DNA from: a virus
Strand: one strand, 5' to 3'
IMG/VR virus record: IMGVR_UViG_3300047393_000086
Span: 1 to 64,000 of that record
Length of the DNA stretch: 64,000 nucleotides
The translations under genes and the position numbers were made by a program. A model generated the notes under the pieces. It was not told where the DNA came from. It was given only the letters and a program-made list of their open reading frames with translations, and did not search any database. This document shows positions 36,759 through 47,409 of this stretch, piece after piece. How positions within the stretch are numbered: the first letter of the stretch is position 1; each line of letters starts with the position of its first letter.

Positions 36759-37262
36759 ATGGCATACAACAATAAATATCCTAAGATTCGAAGAACAGGT
36801 GGACCGTATCCACGCAATAGATACGGCGTTTGTTATGAGGGTCTTTCAAGACAACAACGTAGATTATTGTTGGAAAATCCACTAATCAAGGAGAGGGCTC
36901 AAGATGATCAGTTTCTACATATCATTTTTGAAGTTTGTAAGTTTAAACACCAATCACATAAAGACAAATATTTTTATGATTGGTCGACTGGATGTTTTAT
37001 GAAGATTGAGGAACTTGAAGAGAGTTATGATACCATTGATTGGAAATGTGCTTTATCTGGAGAACCTATTCGTTCTAATATAAATAACTTTGATGCTGAA
37101 AACTTCGTGCATCCTGATTATCACGATACTCTTGGTGGTAAAACAGTAGACGGTAGAATTATTAAATCATCAGTTGCCTTCCAAAAACACGTAAAAAAAC
37201 TCCTATTGAATCAACAACAGGAGTTCTTAAAACTTGCCAAAAAGAATTCTAAATTACATTAA
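36759..37262 (+). CDS. Hypothetical protein (rare plus-strand gene)
   Basis: Fills the gap between gp44 and the 37254 ORF; GATAAATA upstream. Confidence 0.7.
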   Translation: MAYNNKYPKIRRTGGPYPRNRYGVCYEGLSRQQRRLLLENPLIKERAQDDQFLHIIFEVCKFKHQSHKDKYFYDWSTGCFMKIEELEESYDTIDWKCALSGEPIRSNINNFDAENFVHPDYHDTLGGKTVDGRIIKSSVAFQKHVKKLLLNQQQEFLKLAKKNSKLH

Positions 37263-38444
37263 TCTAGAGAATCTTTCTTTAACACTTAAGTTTTGATATT
37301 TTGATTCATTCAAAGTATTTAAATATTCTGCCTTTTTAATCAACTCGTTATATTTTGAGTGTAATGCAGTTCCTTCAGAAACTTGCCAATCAAATTTAGA
37401 TTCAATTTCAGTAGCTAATTCATTTAATCTAACTGCTTTAGCTCTAATAACTAAAGATTCTTGTGGGGCTGATTTTTGCTTTAATGTTTCTAATTTTTTC
37501 TTCATTCCAGCAATTGCACCTTTAAGTATATTAATACCTTCTTTATTTTTATCTGGAGATTTTTCAGCATCTGCTAATTCACCTTCTTTAGTTGCGATTT
37601 CGTCTTGCAATTTTTTTATGTTTGGATCAACTTTTGTATCATCAGTAGCTTCGGTATCATCAGTAGCTTCGGTATCGTCAGTTGATTCAGAGTCGTTCTT
37701 TTTAGAAGCTGTTGTATCATCAGTTGATTCCTCGTCTTCGGTTTTTCCAGCTTTTTTATCTTTAGCTGCCTGAGCGTCAGCATCTAATTTAGCTTGAGCT
37801 GCTTTGTCGTCTTCTGCTTTTTTCTTTGCTTCTTTTTTATCATCTTCAGAAGGTTCAAGTTCTTTAATTGCTTCTTGATCTTCTTTATATTTTTGCTGAA
37901 GTTCAGCCATTTTTTCCTTATAAGTAGCTAATTTTTCAGGATCGTCTTCTAATCCTGAGGCTCTTTTAATAGATGCAATTTGTCCAGCAATTTTTTCGTT
38001 ATGAATTGCTTTACCTACAAGGTCTCCTTTTGAACTAAATTTAGCGTCAACCATTTTTTGAAGTTCAGCTGCTTGTTCTTTTGCTTGTTTTGCTTTTGCT
38101 GTAATTTTAGCTTTTTGCTGTGCGTCTGGTGCATCTGTTGCTGCTGCTTCCATATCAGTTACATTTAACTTGATTTTGTTAACTTTAGCTTGTGCCTTTC
38201 TGGCCTTTGGCATCCACCATAACCATTGCATTACAGTGCTTGGTGTAGCTGCATCTGCTTCATTAACTTCGTTAAAATCTTCGCCTTCTAATTCTTCCGT
38301 TAATTCTTTAGCAAGGGTTTCTAAAGAAGTTATAATAGTATCTACGTCATTAGAAATTGTTGGTGTTTCCGTAACAGTTGCTGTTGCTAATTCACCTTCC
38401 ATAATCATAGTATACCACGATTCAAATGTTTTTGTTGTTTTCAT
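37254..38444 (-). CDS. Charged coiled-coil protein with N-terminal tag, probable internal head protein
   Basis: MKTTKTFESWY; many (I/L/V)xE sites; TDDTEA repeats; late promoter at 38475. Confidence 0.65.
   Translation of the reverse strand: MKTTKTFESWYTMIMEGELATATVTETPTISNDVDTIITSLETLAKELTEELEGEDFNEVNEADAATPSTVMQWLWWMPKARKAQAKVNKIKLNVTDMEAAATDAPDAQQKAKITAKAKQAKEQAAELQKMVDAKFSSKGDLVGKAIHNEKIAGQIASIKRASGLEDDPEKLATYKEKMAELQQKYKEDQEAIKELEPSEDDKKEAKKKAEDDKAAQAKLDADAQAAKDKKAGKTEDEESTDDTTASKKNDSESTDDTEATDDTEATDDTKVDPNIKKLQDEIATKEGELADAEKSPDKNKEGINILKGAIAGMKKKLETLKQKSAPQESLVIRAKAVRLNELATEIESKFDWQVSEGTALHSKYNELIKKAEYLNTLNESKYQNLSVKERFSRLM
37636..37680. repeat. 18-bp tandem repeat (TDDTEA)
   Basis: gtatcatcagtagcttcg repeated. 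Confidence 0.8.
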
Positions 38445-38484
38445 GTTTTTAATATATTTTTATTACTAATAGATTATATATCAC

Positions 38485-38516
38485 AAAAAAAGGGAACCGA
38501 TTTCTCGATTCCCTTT
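38485..38516 (-). terminator. Intrinsic terminator after the major capsid gene
   Basis: AAAGGGAA..TTCCCTTT hairpin plus T tract. Confidence 0.75.
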
Positions 38517-38550
38517 GGGTATTTATAGAATGTTAGTTCTAATCTAAATA

Positions 38551-40005
38551 TTAAGCTAAAGTTAATAAGTTAGTTCCTCCATCAATAGTTATGTTAAATT
38601 TAACATATTGAGTTTCTGGGTGGAATCCAGCATCAACTAATGCGAATCTAGATTTAACAGCAACTTTAGGAGCCATAGTTCCTTCAGCGATTGTTTGTAC
38701 TGATTCAGCCATTAAGTAAGGCATAAATACAATACCAGGTCCGTTTCCGTCTCCTTTTCTACCAACTGCGATTGAATAATCATCCCAAGCCATTGTAGGG
38801 TCAGTGTAAACGTTAACTCCAGCTACAGATCCTAATGGGTAGATAGCTCCAGCAGCTTGTGCGAAAGTGTTTGCCATTGGGTTTGCAACGAAACCAGCGA
38901 TTGATTGTAAAACTGTAGCAGTTTGTGGTCCACATACTGCGAAGTTACCAGCTCCTCTTCTACCTCTGTTAGCAATTAAGTTAGCAGCAGCTAAAATTTG
39001 AGAAAGGATTCTTCTGTGTAATGATGGTAAAGTTTCACCACCAACTAAAGATCCAGCAGCAGGTAATTCTAAGTCAAAACCATTAGCTCCGAATGCTTTA
39101 GTTACGTTAGTAGCACCTAAAGTTCTGATTCTTCCTAAGATGTATTGGTTAATACCTTGAGTTAATTCATTAGTTAAAACAGCTTCAACTTGAGCAACAG
39201 CGTCAACTCCGAATTGTTTTAAATCTTGAACTTGTTCTCTTGTTACAGCAGCAGCAACTTGGAAAGTTTCAGCTGAAACTGATTTAGAGAATAAAGATAA
39301 TCCCATGATTTTGTCTGGAGTTTGTTCACCAGCTTCTCTTGAGAATGGAGAACCATTTTCGTCAGCAGCTACAAATCCTTTAACGTGATCTTCTAAAGCT
39401 TTTACTAATTCTACTTTTGGAGCAGCACCAGTAGTATCTAATACTGCGATTGCAGCAGATACAGAACCAGAGTTAGCACCAACTTCAGTAACTTTATAAA
39501 TATCTAAACCATCGATTCTTGAAGTACCTACAAATGTAAATAAGTAGTTATCTTGAGTTTCACCGTTGATTTCAGCTTTATCACCGTCAGTTTTAATGTA
39601 AGTTGGAGAAGTAGAACCAGCTACTTTACCACCTTCGTAAACGAAGTCTAAGTAAGATAATAATCCCATTGGACCAGCCATAGGAACTACAGGTACTAAA
39701 TCTAAACCGATAGTTTGAGCAGCAACTTGCATTGCTAATGGTAATAATGAAGGAGCTTTATCTCCAGAACCGTTAACAGTAGAAACTCCACCAGCACCGA
39801 TAGTACCTGGTAAAACTGTAGCGCCCATACCAAAGATGTTACCAGCAGCACCTAAAGTCATTGTAGATGCATCTTCGTATAATTTGTGGTTATGACAGTA
39901 TTCTGACATCCAAGCTAATTTGCTTGCGTCGTTGATACCTGTCGCAGATTCGATAATCGGAGACCACGTTGCTCTGATTTCTGATTCATTGATTAAATTT
40001 GCCAT
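38551..40005 (-). CDS. Major capsid protein (gp23-like)
   Basis: V.PMAGPMG, EQVQDLK..G.DA, RRGAGNF, PYL...GTMAPKVAVKSRF. Confidence 0.93.
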   Translation of the reverse strand: MANLINESEIRATWSPIIESATGINDASKLAWMSEYCHNHKLYEDASTMTLGAAGNIFGMGATVLPGTIGAGGVSTVNGSGDKAPSLLPLAMQVAAQTIGLDLVPVVPMAGPMGLLSYLDFVYEGGKVAGSTSPTYIKTDGDKAEINGETQDNYLFTFVGTSRIDGLDIYKVTEVGANSGSVSAAIAVLDTTGAAPKVELVKALEDHVKGFVAADENGSPFSREAGEQTPDKIMGLSLFSKSVSAETFQVAAAVTREQVQDLKQFGVDAVAQVEAVLTNELTQGINQYILGRIRTLGATNVTKAFGANGFDLELPAAGSLVGGETLPSLHRRILSQILAAANLIANRGRRGAGNFAVCGPQTATVLQSIAGFVANPMANTFAQAAGAIYPLGSVAGVNVYTDPTMAWDDYSIAVGRKGDGNGPGIVFMPYLMAESVQTIAEGTMAPKVAVKSRFALVDAGFHPETQYVKFNITIDGGTNLLTLA

Positions 40006-40176
40006 TTTGTTTATTTTATTTTTTTAATGGTTTTATTGTTTCGTATTTTACGAGTTTTCGATATAATTTCAGTTTTTTGCTTCTTAACTGAGCATCGAAT
40101 ATGTTTTAATAGTATTATATATCTTTATTATTTAGTTGAAAAATTTGATTTTTTCAAAAAAACACAAAAATAATGA

Positions 40177-42108
40177 TTATTTTCTAAATCTTTTTGCAAT
40201 TTCTGCACCAATTTCAGAAGCGTCATAACCTAAAGTATTAACTTCTTCAACAGCTGCTTCATTTACCATAGCGATTTTTTCCATTACTGGTGCAGTTTCT
40301 CTAAGGTCTCTAGTTTGCCAGAAGTTTGCAACTTGGTAAGAAGTTTCTAATCTGTGCATTTTTGATTGTGCAATGATTTGATTTTTCTTAGCTTCAGACA
40401 ATTTAGTCCAAGTTTCATGATATTCACTTGGCATCATTGAAATAACTGCAAGTGTAGTTTCATTTGCAGGTACAGCTCCCATTAATGAGTTAGCCCATAA
40501 TCCTAAGATTTGTCCTTCAGTTAAGTAACCTTTTCCTTCAACTGCATTGATTACTTTAGATTTTTCTTCAGATGTTAAAGCGTTAAATTCATTTACTTTC
40601 TCTTCAGAGATAAATTTAATAAATGATGGTCCTTCGTTTTTCTTGGCGTTAACTTTTTCAACCAATGCTTCTAATTTAGAAGAGATTGAATTTTTGTAAG
40701 CTTCCATAGCATCAACGTCTTTACCAGCAGCATCGCCTTCTCCAGCAAGTTCTAAATCTTTTGCTTTATCTTCAACTTCTTCAGCATCGTATTTTTTACC
40801 ATCAGCATCAATAACGTCTGGAGAAACGTCTTTAGTTTCATCTTTAATATCTTCAGCTGGTAATCCTGCATCTGTTCCGTCGTTTGCTTCTTTGATTTCT
40901 TCACCAGCAGCATCGCCTTCTCCAGCAAGTTCTAAATCTTTTGCTTTATCTTCAACTTCTTCAGCATCGTATTTTTTACCATCTGCGTCGATTACGTCTG
41001 GAGAAACGTCTTTAGTTTCATCTTTAATATCTTCAGCTGGAATTCCTGCTTCGTCTTCTAATAATAGGTTAGAGTTAACAGTTTCAGCAACGTACTCTGC
41101 ATATTCAGTTACTTTCTCTAAGTTCTCTCTTAAATATTCAGTATATTTAATTAAGTTCTCGTAAGAAGTAGAACCTTCATTATAAGATTCAGCTAAATAG
41201 TTAGTGTAATTTTTGATAGCATCAACGCTTTCTGCGATATGCTCAGAATATTGAATACCTTGATCCAATTTCTCTGCAAGACTTTCTGTGTAAGAAATAC
41301 CTTGGTCCGCTTTTTCAGCGATGTGTTCTGAATATGCGATTGATTCGTCTAATTTCTTAGCTAAATAATCAGTATACTCTTTTAATGTTTCTAATTGAGA
41401 ACTAGTTGACTCTGATTCTGTTAAAGAATTCATACCTTCTTTAATAGATTTGATTTCTTCAGAAAGATATTTAGAGTATTTATTAAAATCCTCAACCGTA
41501 ATAAATTTAGACTCTGCCATTTTTGTTTCGTTTATATTTTCGATTGTTTGTTTTTCATCTGTATTATTTATCTCGTAAATAAATAAGTCGTTTCCTTCAT
41601 TAACAAATCCATAAGATTCATTAACTCTTTTTAATTCAGCGTTCTCAAACCCAGGGTCTGCTACTAAATCATAAGTAAATAATTGTTTGATTTTTACAGT
41701 TCCATTAGATTCAACTGCACCAGCTGCTCTACTTGAAATTTGTAAAGGAACTCCAGCATCAACAAGAGCTTTTGCTTGTCTTCCAGCATCAGTATCTAAT
41801 AATCTGATACGTCCTTTAACTTGTTTGGTTGCTGTGTCGTAAGTAAGTTCTTCAATGATGTGTGAAACATTTTTTAAAGAAACGTCAAAAGTTTGTGGGT
41901 GATCTAATTCACCTAAAAGCTTTGATGATTTGATTTTTGCTTGTAGAGCTTCAATCTGTGGTAAGTACTCAGACTCAGTATAGATTCGGTTATTACGATT
42001 TTTCTTATCGATTTCTCCAAAGATACCTTCTAGAACATAGGTTCCACCTTCTTGTTTAAACTCTAACTCTGTAGATGATCTTTCTAGGATCAGTAAGTTT
42101 TTAGTCAT
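40177..42108 (-). CDS. Prohead protease (gp21-like) fused to scaffold-like domain
   Basis: LEGIF..NRNNRIY, LGELDHP, ISSRAAG, DLVADPGF, followed by an acidic coiled coil. Confidence 0.88.
   Translation of the reverse strand: MTKNLLILERSSTELEFKQEGGTYVLEGIFGEIDKKNRNNRIYTESEYLPQIEALQAKIKSSKLLGELDHPQTFDVSLKNVSHIIEELTYDTATKQVKGRIRLLDTDAGRQAKALVDAGVPLQISSRAAGAVESNGTVKIKQLFTYDLVADPGFENAELKRVNESYGFVNEGNDLFIYEINNTDEKQTIENINETKMAESKFITVEDFNKYSKYLSEEIKSIKEGMNSLTESESTSSQLETLKEYTDYLAKKLDESIAYSEHIAEKADQGISYTESLAEKLDQGIQYSEHIAESVDAIKNYTNYLAESYNEGSTSYENLIKYTEYLRENLEKVTEYAEYVAETVNSNLLLEDEAGIPAEDIKDETKDVSPDVIDADGKKYDAEEVEDKAKDLELAGEGDAAGEEIKEANDGTDAGLPAEDIKDETKDVSPDVIDADGKKYDAEEVEDKAKDLELAGEGDAAGKDVDAMEAYKNSISSKLEALVEKVNAKKNEGPSFIKFISEEKVNEFNALTSEEKSKVINAVEGKGYLTEGQILGLWANSLMGAVPANETTLAVISMMPSEYHETWTKLSEAKKNQIIAQSKMHRLETSYQVANFWQTRDLRETAPVMEKIAMVNEAAVEEVNTLGYDASEIGAEIAKRFRK
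40723..41040. repeat. Near-identical 138-bp direct repeat, period 180 bp
   Basis: 40723-40860 versus 40903-41040, encoding PAEDIKDETKDVSPDVIDADGKKYDAEEVEDKAKDLELAGEGDAAG twice. Confidence 0.9.
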
Positions 42109-42177
42109 AATTATTATTTTATTATATTTCTATTATATATCCAGTTAATTTTATTGGATTTTTAAAATTTTTAAAGA

Positions 42178-42519
42178 TTATACACCAGCTAATGGATCTT
42201 CCTCTTCTCCACCTTCAGCTTCTTTTTCAGCCTCTTTTTCTTTTTCGGCTTTCTCTTCTCTATAATCGTTAAAAAATTTAACTATAGTAAACATATCCTC
42301 TTCAGTAAAGGCAGTGTTTCCATATACTTCGTAGAAATATTCTTTAAATTCTTTTTCACTCTTACATGACATGATAGCACCTAAAATTTCAGTTGATTTA
42401 ATTTCTTTTCCTGAGTCAAGAGTAACATCATCAACTATTACTTTAGAATCTTCACCTGCTTCGATCGCGTCTTCTTTAAGTGAACCTGTGAATTCCTCAA
42501 ATGTTTTAATTATTCCCAT
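42178..42519 (-). CDS. Prohead core-like protein with N-terminal tag
   Basis: MGIIKTFEEF; lies between portal and protease, the position of gp67/68 in T4. Confidence 0.6.
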   Translation of the reverse strand: MGIIKTFEEFTGSLKEDAIEAGEDSKVIVDDVTLDSGKEIKSTEILGAIMSCKSEKEFKEYFYEVYGNTAFTEEDMFTIVKFFNDYREEKAEKEKEAEKEAEGGEEEDPLAGV

Positions 42520-42542
42520 TTTATTTTTTTATTTTTATTTAA

Positions 42543-44147
42543 TTACATTCCTCCCATCATTGCCATTGGATCTTCAGGCTCTGGTTTTTCAGCTTCTTTT
42601 GCCGCATTTCTTGCTTTATAAGCTTCGTTTGCCGCTTTATCATCTGGAGATAATTTAAGGTATCTATCAACTAAGAATTCCATATCGAAGTATGGTGATT
42701 CTTCCATAGTTAAAGGATCAGTCTTAACCAATGAATCTTTCATAGTTCCAATAAAATCAAGTCTTTTGCTCATAATTTCCATTTGCTTTAATTCAGCAAA
42801 CATATTTTCTTCATTAAATCTTAATGCAATTTGGGTTCTAAAACCTGCATCTTCTTTAAATTCAGGAAATTTAAGACACATTTGTAACCATAAAGGTTTA
42901 ATCAATATCTCTTGAAATGAGCTACGTAAACGATTAATAAACTTAGCAAATTTAATTTCATCTCTAATCATTCCATCAGCTTCCATTGCAAAATCTCCGC
43001 CTCCATCTTCATACATAAATCTAGAGTATGGAATTTTTGAAACTGCTTTAAGTTTATCTGAAAAATATTTTAATGATTCTGTGTCGCTTAATTCTGGACC
43101 ATCTCCACCAAGAGTTTCAATCTCTGGTTGTTCTCCGTCCTTACTAGGTAACCAATATTCTTTATTGAATTGTAACATTGGTTTTCCGTTCGTTGTAAGA
43201 GAAGCACTGTCCCAATCAAAATCAACAACCTCTTTATAGTTACTCATTAATTGAGAAAGCGATTGTTTTGCTCTTGTTTTAGATTTACCTCCAACTGGAA
43301 TAATAAATTTCATTCTATAAGAAGAGTTGGTAACAGCCCAAATAACTCTGGTATGCTCCATAATTCTCATTAAATTAAATGAACGGATTAATCTTTCAAG
43401 GTAAGAAACCCTTGACGCTGTAGTAATTGAACTATATGAAATGTATACAATTTGAGAATCGTATAATTTTCTTTCTTTTAATGGATCATCTTTAAACTGA
43501 ATCCATACTTTTTTACCATCTTCATGGTTATATCCTGGTACTAACGTAATTGGATCAATTTCCTTAAAACCAATAACTTCTGTCATCTCTGGATTATAAA
43601 TAATCTCGAATGATAAATAACCATCAATTAACCATTTTCTAAAGAAATACCATGCAGATTGGTCCATGTTAAAACCAAAATACTGGTAAATATCTCTATA
43701 TGCTTTATTTAGATATTTTTGAACTTCATCAGAAACTTCCATTCCGATAATTTCTGGATTGGCTATAAAGTTTTTATTATCGAATACGATTGATTCATCA
43801 CATAAAATATCTAAGATGTCTTCGATCTCATCATGCTGTGAAAACGCTCTAAGTTCATCTCTTTTACCTTTATAATTTTGGTCAAAGAATGGAATATTTT
43901 TACGCATTGTAGTATCAGCCATTGAAAGAGCTGCAAATGCGCCATACATATCATCATTGTCCAGTCCTAATGGATTCATTTGGCCGTAACCAATTGCATC
44001 TTCTACTGGACCAATTGCTTGAGATTGTCTAAGTACCAAATCATCATAATACATACCAAAAGAAGATAGCTTCTTTAGTGTATCACTTAAGACAAAAGGT
44101 TTTTTTCCAGTACTCAATGGACCATTTCTTTGTACAAATCCTGCCAT
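42543..44147 (-). CDS. Portal protein (gp20-like)
   Basis: FRKWLIDG, SYLER.I..FN, EYWLP..G...IETLGG, RDEIKFAKFI.RLR. Confidence 0.93.
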   Translation of the reverse strand: MAGFVQRNGPLSTGKKPFVLSDTLKKLSSFGMYYDDLVLRQSQAIGPVEDAIGYGQMNPLGLDNDDMYGAFAALSMADTTMRKNIPFFDQNYKGKRDELRAFSQHDEIEDILDILCDESIVFDNKNFIANPEIIGMEVSDEVQKYLNKAYRDIYQYFGFNMDQSAWYFFRKWLIDGYLSFEIIYNPEMTEVIGFKEIDPITLVPGYNHEDGKKVWIQFKDDPLKERKLYDSQIVYISYSSITTASRVSYLERLIRSFNLMRIMEHTRVIWAVTNSSYRMKFIIPVGGKSKTRAKQSLSQLMSNYKEVVDFDWDSASLTTNGKPMLQFNKEYWLPSKDGEQPEIETLGGDGPELSDTESLKYFSDKLKAVSKIPYSRFMYEDGGGDFAMEADGMIRDEIKFAKFINRLRSSFQEILIKPLWLQMCLKFPEFKEDAGFRTQIALRFNEENMFAELKQMEIMSKRLDFIGTMKDSLVKTDPLTMEESPYFDMEFLVDRYLKLSPDDKAANEAYKARNAAKEAEKPEPEDPMAMMGGM

Positions 44148-44169
44148 TATATTATTATATTAATTTTAG

Positions 44170-44805
44170 TTATATATTCTTTTTTAAATAGTCGTTAAAC
44201 ATCAATCGTATTTTCATTACGTTTGTGTTATGAAAGTCCATAAAGTCGCATATTGCAATTTCTGGCCATTTTGAATAACTTACGACTGCTTGTCGTTTTT
44301 TTCTAATAGGTATATATTGCCTTAATGCAAAATCATAACCTTCTTTCTCAAGATATTTTTTCATACCTGAATATGTTAATTTGAGTGGTTTTTCTGTTTT
44401 TGCATTAGTTTTACTAGGTGCAGAAGTACCAAGAAGCTCGTCGATTATGCTTGTTTCTGTTTTATCAACTTTAATATGCATCCTTGTATGTAAATCATCC
44501 AAAAACTTTTCTTTGAATTTAACGGGCAATAGGTTTAAATTAACACCAAAATCATTACCTCCAACCTCTTCAATTGCCAATACAACTGGATTTTTATCAA
44601 ACCACGGAAGTTCTTTAGCATACTTTGGAGTATACTCAAAAACATATATCTTTCCTGGTTGAAATCTACTTCTTGTTGAAATTGCCTCATTTACACTTTT
44701 TGATTTGATTCCTTCTTCGAACCATTCCATACAAGCTTTAGAGGCTTTTGCTTTACCTCCAAATTCTTTAGTCAATTCAGCTATTCTTTCTTTAATGTAA
44801 CCCAT
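44170..44805 (-). CDS. DNA end protector (gp2-like)
   Basis: PGKIY.F.Y.PK....LPWFD..P, G.NL..LP. Confidence 0.8.
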   Translation of the reverse strand: MGYIKERIAELTKEFGGKAKASKACMEWFEEGIKSKSVNEAISTRSRFQPGKIYVFEYTPKYAKELPWFDKNPVVLAIEEVGGNDFGVNLNLLPVKFKEKFLDDLHTRMHIKVDKTETSIIDELLGTSAPSKTNAKTEKPLKLTYSGMKKYLEKEGYDFALRQYIPIRKKRQAVVSYSKWPEIAICDFMDFHNTNVMKIRLMFNDYLKKNI

Positions 44806-45280
44806 TTTTAATAGTGTCTTCTGTTAGAACTATAAATTTCCAACATCTACTTGCAGCGTATTCTTTGGCTGCATTATATTTATCCATATTTTTAACATAC
44901 TGCTCGGCAAGAAACTTATAAGATTCTAAAGCTTTTTTAGACATCTTGGTCGGTGGTTGTGGTTTTTGAATTTGCGCTTTTGGTTTTATTTCTGCCAAAA
45001 ACTCTTCAGTTGAACTGTCTTGCTTTAATATTTTAAAATAAAAATCAGGATGGTATGTTCTTTGTTTGTTACCCTGTCTTGACCAATATTTAATCTCTAC
45101 AGGCTCACTAGACCACACTAAAACCTTGTCATTAATATCACACCAAATCATAAACTTGTATTCCCATGAACTCCTATAAATAATAGGTGTTGGCCCTGCA
45201 TACTTTTGAGGGTTTTTCGGATTAAAATAACCTTGATTGAATCCTGAGTTTTTGGTTGGTTTGAGATTTTTTATTGACAT
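44792..45280 (-). CDS. Head completion nuclease (gp4-like)
   Basis: PKNPQKY.G...IYRSSWE..FM.WCD..WSSE..Y.PDF..EIKP. Confidence 0.9.
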   Translation of the reverse strand: MSIKNLKPTKNSGFNQGYFNPKNPQKYAGPTPIIYRSSWEYKFMIWCDINDKVLVWSSEPVEIKYWSRQGNKQRTYHPDFYFKILKQDSSTEEFLAEIKPKAQIQKPQPPTKMSKKALESYKFLAEQYVKNMDKYNAAKEYAASRCWKFIVLTEDTIKNGLH

Positions 45281-45651
45281 TAAATAGAATAGATTCCACC
45301 ATTATCATCTTCACTCGATGCTCTATTCATAGAGATGGTACCTTTGTATTTTTGTGGGTGGATTTTGTTCCAGCCTTTTGCATATCCTCGCTTTGCAATT
45401 TCTGTAAAGTATGCAAATGCATTTGGATATTCTGGTTTAAATCCTCTCCAATATTTTAATAGATCTAATAATGCAAACTGAAGACAATCTTGTCTATCAT
45501 CTGGATTTACATAAGACATTCTATTAATTGCCCTTTCTGCTAATAAGATTAACATCTTTTCGGCTGTTGGTGTTAATTTGTCTAGATCCTTAGATTCGCT
45601 TATTGCGTTGTGTAGATCTTTATTGTTTAAATAGTTTTTAGTTTTAGCCAC
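45280..45651 (-). CDS. Late sigma factor (gp55-like), short
   Basis: YLNNKDL, NAFAYFTEI motif; upstream of head genes and near gp46/47. Confidence 0.8.
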   Translation of the reverse strand: MAKTKNYLNNKDLHNAISESKDLDKLTPTAEKMLILLAERAINRMSYVNPDDRQDCLQFALLDLLKYWRGFKPEYPNAFAYFTEIAKRGYAKGWNKIHPQKYKGTISMNRASSEDDNGGIYSI

Positions 45652-45771
45652 TGTATTTTCTTTAAATTTATACTAAATTATATAGACCGTTACCTTTTTG
45701 TTTCACTACTGTGTATAAACAACAAAAGGGACGCATTGCGACCCTTTTATTTTAAATATTTATATTAATTG

Positions 45772-46533
45772 TTATGCATTTAATGCAGCAATTTTATCTT
45801 CCCAAGATTTGATTTCACCGTTGATTAATAATTCAGCTTCTTTAATAGCTACATCATTTCTATCAGCACCTGATAAAACTCCTTTTTGATCTTTTAAGAA
45901 AGCGATCATTGATTCATATGTTGCAATTTTCTCTTCTTTGATTGCTAATTCAGCAGATTCTCCTTCAACCATTTCTTTTAAGAAAGAAAGCGCAGATTCT
46001 CCAGTTTCAGATGTAACATATTCTGAAGCTTCATTTGCATTTGCTGCTTTAAAGAATTTTGCAATTTTGTTAGATTTGTTAAAACGAGCAACGTATACTT
46101 CTTCGTTTAATTTGAATAAATTTACAGTTGTATTGTTTCCTTCGAAAGTTGCAGCAAAATCAAGAGTAACATAGTTTGCTAATAATGTTGGAAGAGATTC
46201 GAACAATTCAGCAATTGGTTTCTCATTATATCTTACCATACCTGCAGAAACTACATGATTTGTAAATGTATTTCCTTCAATTAATGAAGTATTGTGTTGG
46301 AATTTACCTTCAGCTAAAGTGTAGATAAATTTACATGGTCCATGGAACCATTTAATAGAATCATTTGAAAATTCAAAAGATTCAAATGCATTAATTGCAT
46401 TAACAAGAGTTGGGTTATTAGTCCCTTCAACTTCTTTAATTTCAGTGTCATTCATTTCGAAAATTCTCCCGTTTACATAAAACTGGAATGATTCTTCTAA
46501 CTTAACGAATGGTGCAAGAATATTAGTTGTCAT
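45772..46533 (-). CDS. Hypothetical late protein
   Basis: Late promoter at 46557, terminator at about 45724-45748. Confidence 0.7.
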   Translation of the reverse strand: MTTNILAPFVKLEESFQFYVNGRIFEMNDTEIKEVEGTNNPTLVNAINAFESFEFSNDSIKWFHGPCKFIYTLAEGKFQHNTSLIEGNTFTNHVVSAGMVRYNEKPIAELFESLPTLLANYVTLDFAATFEGNNTTVNLFKLNEEVYVARFNKSNKIAKFFKAANANEASEYVTSETGESALSFLKEMVEGESAELAIKEEKIATYESMIAFLKDQKGVLSGADRNDVAIKEAELLINGEIKSWEDKIAALNA

Positions 46534-46575
46534 ATTATTTAATTTTTTTCTTTTATTATATATCTGTTTAATTTA

Positions 46576-47391
46576 TTATCTATTGTCAATATCTGTATCG
46601 TCGATAATTCTAGCGTCCTCCTGGTTTTTCTGAATTATGTTTGTATTAATTTCAAACATTCTATTTCCAATATGCCTTTCAGTAGTTTCTTTATTAGTTC
46701 CAAAACTTTCATCATTACCCCAATTAAATGCCGGAATAAATGAATTGATTTCGATTGCAAATGTTATTTTATACTGATCTTTGTCTTCAAACGTAAATCC
46801 TAATGGCCTGTCTTGTGTGTAATCTTCTGGAAATGCATAATAAGATGCGATTCTATAAGTTCCTTCGTTTAAGTGGCCAACTTCAACATTAAAATAGTTT
46901 GACTTATAAAGTCTTTTAATAATTGATTCGGTTATTTTAAAAGAATCTAGTGTTGAAGATACTAGAATTTCAATATCAAATCCTAAAGTTATTGGAATCA
47001 TATCGAATTCAGCAGTGTAACCTTCCATTGCTCCTTCAGAATTCATTTTAGTATAACTACCAACTGTTCTTTTATTAACAAGTTTTGATGAATCAATATT
47101 AACTGAAGTAAGATTTGCAACCCCTCTTGGAATTGCATCATAATTACCGTCAGCGAATCCTTTATCTGGTGTACAGTTTGGTCCTGAAGCTGTCGTAAAT
47201 AAAAATTGGTCTCTTAAGAATTGATCGTCGCCTGTAATTGAATAATAAAAAGGAACATCAACTCTGACTCTTTCATTATTTGAAATTTGTCTATGAAAAT
47301 AAACCTTGTTATTAAGATCGGCTAAAAAACCAATTATAAGGTGTCTAATTACACTGTCGTCTCCGTTATACTTCAAGTTATAGGATGCCAT
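46576..47391 (-). CDS. Tail sheath stabiliser/completion protein (gp15-like)
   Basis: IRHLIIGF...VPF.Y, PR, P..L.F...I pattern. Confidence 0.6.
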   Translation of the reverse strand: MASYNLKYNGDDSVIRHLIIGFLADLNNKVYFHRQISNNERVRVDVPFYYSITGDDQFLRDQFLFTTASGPNCTPDKGFADGNYDAIPRGVANLTSVNIDSSKLVNKRTVGSYTKMNSEGAMEGYTAEFDMIPITLGFDIEILVSSTLDSFKITESIIKRLYKSNYFNVEVGHLNEGTYRIASYYAFPEDYTQDRPLGFTFEDKDQYKITFAIEINSFIPAFNWGNDESFGTNKETTERHIGNRMFEINTNIIQKNQEDARIIDDTDIDNR

Positions 47392-47409
47392 CTTTCAATT
47401 TTATTTTTA

